Assembly (NCBI GenBank): GCA_024743115.1
Contig: JANSXC010000002.1
Span: 38,207 to 102,206 of the forward strand
DNA: 64,000 nucleotides
Source: a bacterium
GTDB lineage: Bacteria; Planctomycetota; UBA1135; UBA2386
Direction: 5' to 3'
The stretch's first letter is position 1; the number at the start of each line of letters is the position of its first letter. The translations under genes were made by a program, and so were the position numbers. The notes beneath the pieces are model-generated. The model was not told where the DNA came from and did no database searches. It was given only the letters and a program-made list of their open reading frames with translations. Of the stretch, positions 60,121 to 64,000 are shown piece after piece.

Positions 60121-61131
60121 TCATCTCGCTGCCGGGGTGCTCGGTGTCGGGCGAATCGAGCGGAACCTGGCTGCGCGGGTACGGCGCTTGGCGAGTTCGA
60201 GGATCGAGGACGGCACCCGGTTCTTCAGCGAGCCGGCCGAGTGGCCGGCGGCGAGGAGTCCCTCGACAGCGCAGAGCTTCACCTTCGGGCACGAAGTCGA
60301 GCCCAGCAGGTTGGCCAGAGCTGGCGCGCCCTGGGCCGCGGGCAGCGCACGCAGCAGTTCGGCGGCTCGCAGCTCGACGGCCGGATCGCGTTTCAGGCTG
60401 ACCGGGAGGCGCGCCGTCACACGCGCCGGATCCGTGCGGCTCAAGCCCGAACGCAGCAGTCGGGCGCGGTCTTTGTGCGACTCCGCGAGGTAGAGCGCGA
60501 GGGCGCGGTCGAGCAATGCCGGGTCACGGGTCTCGAGCGTGACATCGAGCAGCGCGGCGGCGGTCGTGTGACCGCGGGCGACGGCGCGTTCGAGTGCCGT
60601 CACGACCCGCTGCTTGTCGGCCGCGGCGAGCTGGACGCCGCGATACTCTGCAAGTGCATGCGCGGCGTCGAGCGCGATACGTTGGTTGCTGTGGTCCAGG
60701 TGCCGGGCCAGCAGCGTGGCGCGCGTTTGTTGCGTCGACGCGGACAGCAGCGCCGCGACGTGTTCGCGGAGTTCGAGGGTCGGCTCGAGGACGCCGCGGC
60801 CGCCGCCAAACGGATGCAGGCCCGTGGAACGGCGCTCGAGGAACAGCAGTCGGCGCTCGCCGGCGCTGAGCGCGAACAGGCTGCGGCCGCAGCATGCGCC
60901 GGCGGGTTCGAGTAGCGCGAATGTGTTACCGATCGTGCCTCGCAGGCGCGAGTCCGTCTGCCAGGCGACGCGTTTGAAGCCTGGTACCGGTTCGGTCACG
61001 CTCGTGACCGTGGCGACGACGATGACCGCCGCCCGTTCGCTGGCGCGAGCGAGCGTCGTGGCCTGTTGTTGCGGGTTCGCGGCCGCCGCGAGCGCGAGGC
61101 CGGTGAGAACGGCGAGGTGCGCGTGGTTCAT
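60121..61131 (-). CDS. Exported helical-repeat (HEAT-like) protein, function unknown
   Basis: 336-aa ORF with signal peptide MNHAHLAVLTGLALAAAANPQQQ. Leu/Ala/Arg-rich helical repeats. The ATG overlaps the stop of the upstream gene (ATGA at 61128-61131). Confidence 0.6.
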   Translation of the reverse strand: MNHAHLAVLTGLALAAAANPQQQATTLARASERAAVIVVATVTSVTEPVPGFKRVAWQTDSRLRGTIGNTFALLEPAGACCGRSLFALSAGERRLLFLERRSTGLHPFGGGRGVLEPTLELREHVAALLSASTQQTRATLLARHLDHSNQRIALDAAHALAEYRGVQLAAADKQRVVTALERAVARGHTTAAALLDVTLETRDPALLDRALALYLAESHKDRARLLRSGLSRTDPARVTARLPVSLKRDPAVELRAAELLRALPAAQGAPALANLLGSTSCPKVKLCAVEGLLAAGHSAGSLKNRVPSSILELAKRRTRAARFRSIRPTPSTPAAR

Positions 61132-64000
61132 CTCAGGAGGATCCGTTGGCGAAGGTAGGCGAGGTCGATGTCGCGGAAGTGGTAGTCGAGCGTCAGCATC
61201 GCTTCGTAGCCGACGGACGGTGCCATGACTTCCGCGGCGCCGGCGTAGGTGTTGTGGAGCGAGCTGTCACCGAACAGGCCGCCGGGCGCCGGGCCCGGGG
61301 CGACGAGTCCGACCGAGTGGCCGACCTCGTGAGCGAGGATGATGCCCATGACCGTCGACCAGTCATCCGCGGCCTGCATGATCGACAGGTAGCGGGCCCG
61401 TTCCGACGAGTTGGCATTGGCGAAGTCGAAGTTCTCGGCGAGGACCGTCGCGTCGAGCGGGCCGGCACCTGCGGGCACGCCGCCCATGTCGGGCGCCAGC
61501 GGGCGGAAGCGTTGCGCGAACGTTGTCTGGTAGGCGGGCCAGACCTGCTGGTGGATGTGGGTCTGGTAGAGCCACATCTCCGCCGGGAACACGCCGAGAC
61601 CGGGGCTCTGGCCGGTGTTGCGCTCCGTGAAGTTGCCGTTGCGATAGTCGTAGTAGGCGCGCCCGAGCACGCCCGAACTCTCGTCTCCGTAGCCGCGATC
61701 GCCTTCGCCTTCCGGATCGAAGCCACCCAATGCGATCTGCATGTGTGGGATCGCGATGGGCGCGCGTTTCGTGAATCGCAGCCAGACGGAACCGCTGTCG
61801 AGCGGTTCGCCGCGACTACCGCGACCGTAGAGTTCGTTCGCTTTCGTGATGATGCCGTCGAGCACCAGATCGCGCATCCGGGCGTTCGAGCCACTCGGGT
61901 CACCGGCGGCCTGGAGGCCCAGGCGCACGAGGTCTTCGCTGAAGTCGTCGGTGCCCGTGCCGTCGCGATCGAGGTCGTGGCGGACCCAGACGACCTGGAT
62001 GCGTTCGAACGGTTGCAGGCCGGCATCGGCGTCCAGTACCGTGAACGCGAGTGGTGCGGACAGCGCCGCATTGCCGCTCAGGTCGGTGGCGCGGACGGTG
62101 AGCTGCCAGTCACCGGCGGGCAGTGCCGCGGAGCTCGGGACCCGGACCTGGAACGTCGAATAGTCGACTTCCGCGATCGCGAACAAAGTGCCGCTGCCAG
62201 GGCCCGGGTTCGATCCCGTGAGCTGGACCTCGACCGAACTCATGTCGATCGACTGATCGCCGGGGTCGGTCACGTTGACGTCGACCGTGAAGCCGAACGG
62301 CGGCAGCACGAGCCCTTCGGCGCGCGACGCGTCGGTGCCGTTGACGGTCGCGGTCACGATCGGCGCGGTGCGGTCCCGGGCGAACCCGGTCCGAAAGCGG
62401 GCGTCCCGGTCCGTCGAGAACCAGTTGCCGCTGAGTCGCCTGACGCCGGCACTGCCACCCTCGACGCGCACCCGGTAGTAGGTCGACGGCAAGAGCTCGG
62501 TCGCGGGGGTGAACCGCGCGATGCGGTTCTGGCCGAGGATCTCGAGGGTGCCCGCGATCGGCTGGAACAGGTCGTCCATGACCCGGATCGTCGACGAGTT
62601 CATCGTCGAAGGGTCCATCGGCGCGTCGAACACGATGCTCACATGGGCGCCGATCGGCACACCGGTGGAGCCGTCCGCCGGCATCATCAGGGCGCGCGGC
62701 AGCGCGGCGTCGTCCGCCGTGCTGAAGGTGATCGTGTGATCCGCCGCCATGATGTTGCCGGCGACATCGTGTAGCCCGGTATGACCGCCCTGGAGCGTGA
62801 CCGTGCAGGTCGCGTTCATCGGCAGGTCGAGTACGGGCGTGATTCGAATCGTGTCTGGCGTGGAGTGCGCGACGATCGCGGTGAGCTGCTCGCCAGCGGT
62901 CGTCAACCGGACCGTGCTCGTGTCGACCCAGCTCGGATCAAGGTCGTCGTCGAACGTGATCTCGAGGATCGCGTTGAGGGAGACGCGGGTTTCGCCGGGT
63001 GTCGGCGTGCTGCTGATCACCGCGGGCGGAGTGGCGTCGGTTCCTGTCGTGAACTGCAGCGCCTGAGTCGCGGACAGGATGTTGCCGCTGACGTCGGTCG
63101 CCGCGGCAGCCCCGAGCAGGAACGCGAGCGTGTAGGTGCGGTTGTCCTGGAGCGTTACGGCCGGTTCGACGCGCAGCGTGCGCTGGTCGTCACTCGCGCG
63201 GATCGCAAACGGCACGATGCTGCCGAACTGGTCCTGGAACGACAGCGACGACGGCTCGACGGTCCCCGGATCCATCGACTCGCTGAACGTGTAGGTCGGC
63301 ACGACCTCGGGGGAGACGCCGGTGCTGCTCTGCGGCGGCCACATCGTGAGGACCGCCGGCGTGAGGTCGTCGCTCGTCGTGGTGAACGTGGTCGACGAAG
63401 TGGTTCCGAACGGGTTGCCCGCGCGGTCCGTGACCGTGCCGAGCAGGTCAAGCGTGAACTGCCGATTGCCGGGCAGGTCGGCATGGGGCGAGAACACGAC
63501 GGTGTTGCCCGTCGCCGTTCGCGAGCCGTCATAGGTCGCGCCGAAGACGTCGCGCAGGCGCAGCGAGCCGGCGTCGAGACTGCCTTGGGCGATCGCCTCG
63601 GAGAAGGTGAATGTGAAGTCGCCGGTGCGCGGATGACCGTTCGTATTGTTGACGACACTGACGCCTTGCATGGTCGGCGGCGTGACGTCGAGCGTGCGGA
63701 ACGTGAACTCCACGTTCTTGTCGAGCAGTCGGCCCGTGTTGTCGCACGTCAGGCCGGAGAGCTGGACCTCGTAGTCCGTTTCGACCGCGAGTGGTGCCGT
63801 CGGCTGGAACGCGACCGTGCGACCGTCACCGCTGACCGAATAGCTGCCCGCGATCGGCTCGGTCGTGCCGGCGCGTCGCAGCCAGGTGTCCTCGTCTCCG
63901 AGGCTGTCGAGTGCAACCGCGGTGTCGAACTCGAACGTAATGGCCGTGTCCGGGTCGATCTGCACCGCACCATCGGCCGGCAGATGACCGAGGAGCTGAA
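61128..64000 (-). CDS. Large protein with tandem bacterial Ig-like (Big_5/SbsA-type) domains and a C-terminal HExxH metalloprotease-like domain; 5' end probably outside the window
   Basis: The first in-window start is GTG 63965, but the frame stays open to position 64000. Repeated modules such as PADGSTGVPIGAHVSIVFDAPMDPSTMNSSTIRV and PPQSSTGVSPEVVPTYTFSESMDPGTVEPSSLSF. Zinc motif ILAHEVGHSVGL near the C-terminus. Confidence 0.8.
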   Translation of the reverse strand, partial: QLLGHLPADGAVQIDPDTAITFEFDTAVALDSLGDEDTWLRRAGTTEPIAGSYSVSGDGRTVAFQPTAPLAVETDYEVQLSGLTCDNTGRLLDKNVEFTFRTLDVTPPTMQGVSVVNNTNGHPRTGDFTFTFSEAIAQGSLDAGSLRLRDVFGATYDGSRTATGNTVVFSPHADLPGNRQFTLDLLGTVTDRAGNPFGTTSSTTFTTTSDDLTPAVLTMWPPQSSTGVSPEVVPTYTFSESMDPGTVEPSSLSFQDQFGSIVPFAIRASDDQRTLRVEPAVTLQDNRTYTLAFLLGAAAATDVSGNILSATQALQFTTGTDATPPAVISSTPTPGETRVSLNAILEITFDDDLDPSWVDTSTVRLTTAGEQLTAIVAHSTPDTIRITPVLDLPMNATCTVTLQGGHTGLHDVAGNIMAADHTITFSTADDAALPRALMMPADGSTGVPIGAHVSIVFDAPMDPSTMNSSTIRVMDDLFQPIAGTLEILGQNRIARFTPATELLPSTYYRVRVEGGSAGVRRLSGNWFSTDRDARFRTGFARDRTAPIVTATVNGTDASRAEGLVLPPFGFTVDVNVTDPGDQSIDMSSVEVQLTGSNPGPGSGTLFAIAEVDYSTFQVRVPSSAALPAGDWQLTVRATDLSGNAALSAPLAFTVLDADAGLQPFERIQVVWVRHDLDRDGTGTDDFSEDLVRLGLQAAGDPSGSNARMRDLVLDGIITKANELYGRGSRGEPLDSGSVWLRFTKRAPIAIPHMQIALGGFDPEGEGDRGYGDESSGVLGRAYYDYRNGNFTERNTGQSPGLGVFPAEMWLYQTHIHQQVWPAYQTTFAQRFRPLAPDMGGVPAGAGPLDATVLAENFDFANANSSERARYLSIMQAADDWSTVMGIILAHEVGHSVGLVAPGPAPGGLFGDSSLHNTYAGAAEVMAPSVGYEAMLTLDYHFRDIDLAYLRQRILLR

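Noticed and set aside
56764-62774. Plus-strand ORFs of 396, 383 and 542 aa opposite the lipoprotein, HEAT-like and Ig/metalloprotease genes
   Set aside because: Shadow composition and no motifs. The minus-strand genes have RBS, signal peptide or lipobox, and domain repeats.

Overview
This is a very GC-rich bacterial chromosomal segment (composition judged by eye, not computed). It is densely packed with about 45 protein-coding genes on both strands. I recognised no rRNA, tRNA, CRISPR array, integrase or transposase. Long Arg/Pro/Gly/Ala-rich antisense shadow ORFs are everywhere; I discarded them on composition and lack of motifs. Housekeeping genes are uvrC, a short recQ-like helicase, ftsY, nusB and ribH. 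Signalling genes are an HD-GYP phosphodiesterase with a paralogous partner, a Ser/Thr kinase coupled to a YkgJ Cys-cluster protein, a PAS hybrid histidine kinase, and the prkA / DUF444 / spoVR triad. A peptidoglycan amino-sugar salvage island spans about 18.1-30.1 kb. It holds two NamZ-like DUF1343 genes, an SSS symporter, murQ, an HGSNAT-like membrane acetyltransferase, an SMP-30-like protein, nagB, and a NagZ fused to a beta-lactamase-fold domain. Three observations stand out. (1) Nearly every Sec-type signal peptide in the window is followed by Gln at the predicted +1 position, and two tandem lipoprotein genes carry the motifs of M28-fold (mammalian/Porphyromonas-type) glutaminyl cyclases. 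(2) Six otherwise unrelated secreted proteins (LamG, beta-helix and beta-propeller heads among them) share a C-terminal module of about 110-130 aa that I cannot match to a known sorting signal, and a frameshifted tandem copy of that module fills one intergenic gap. (3) Several tightly coupled operons consist of unassignable proteins. Start codons of many genes are uncertain by tens of codons. All functional calls rest on motif recognition by eye, not on database searches.
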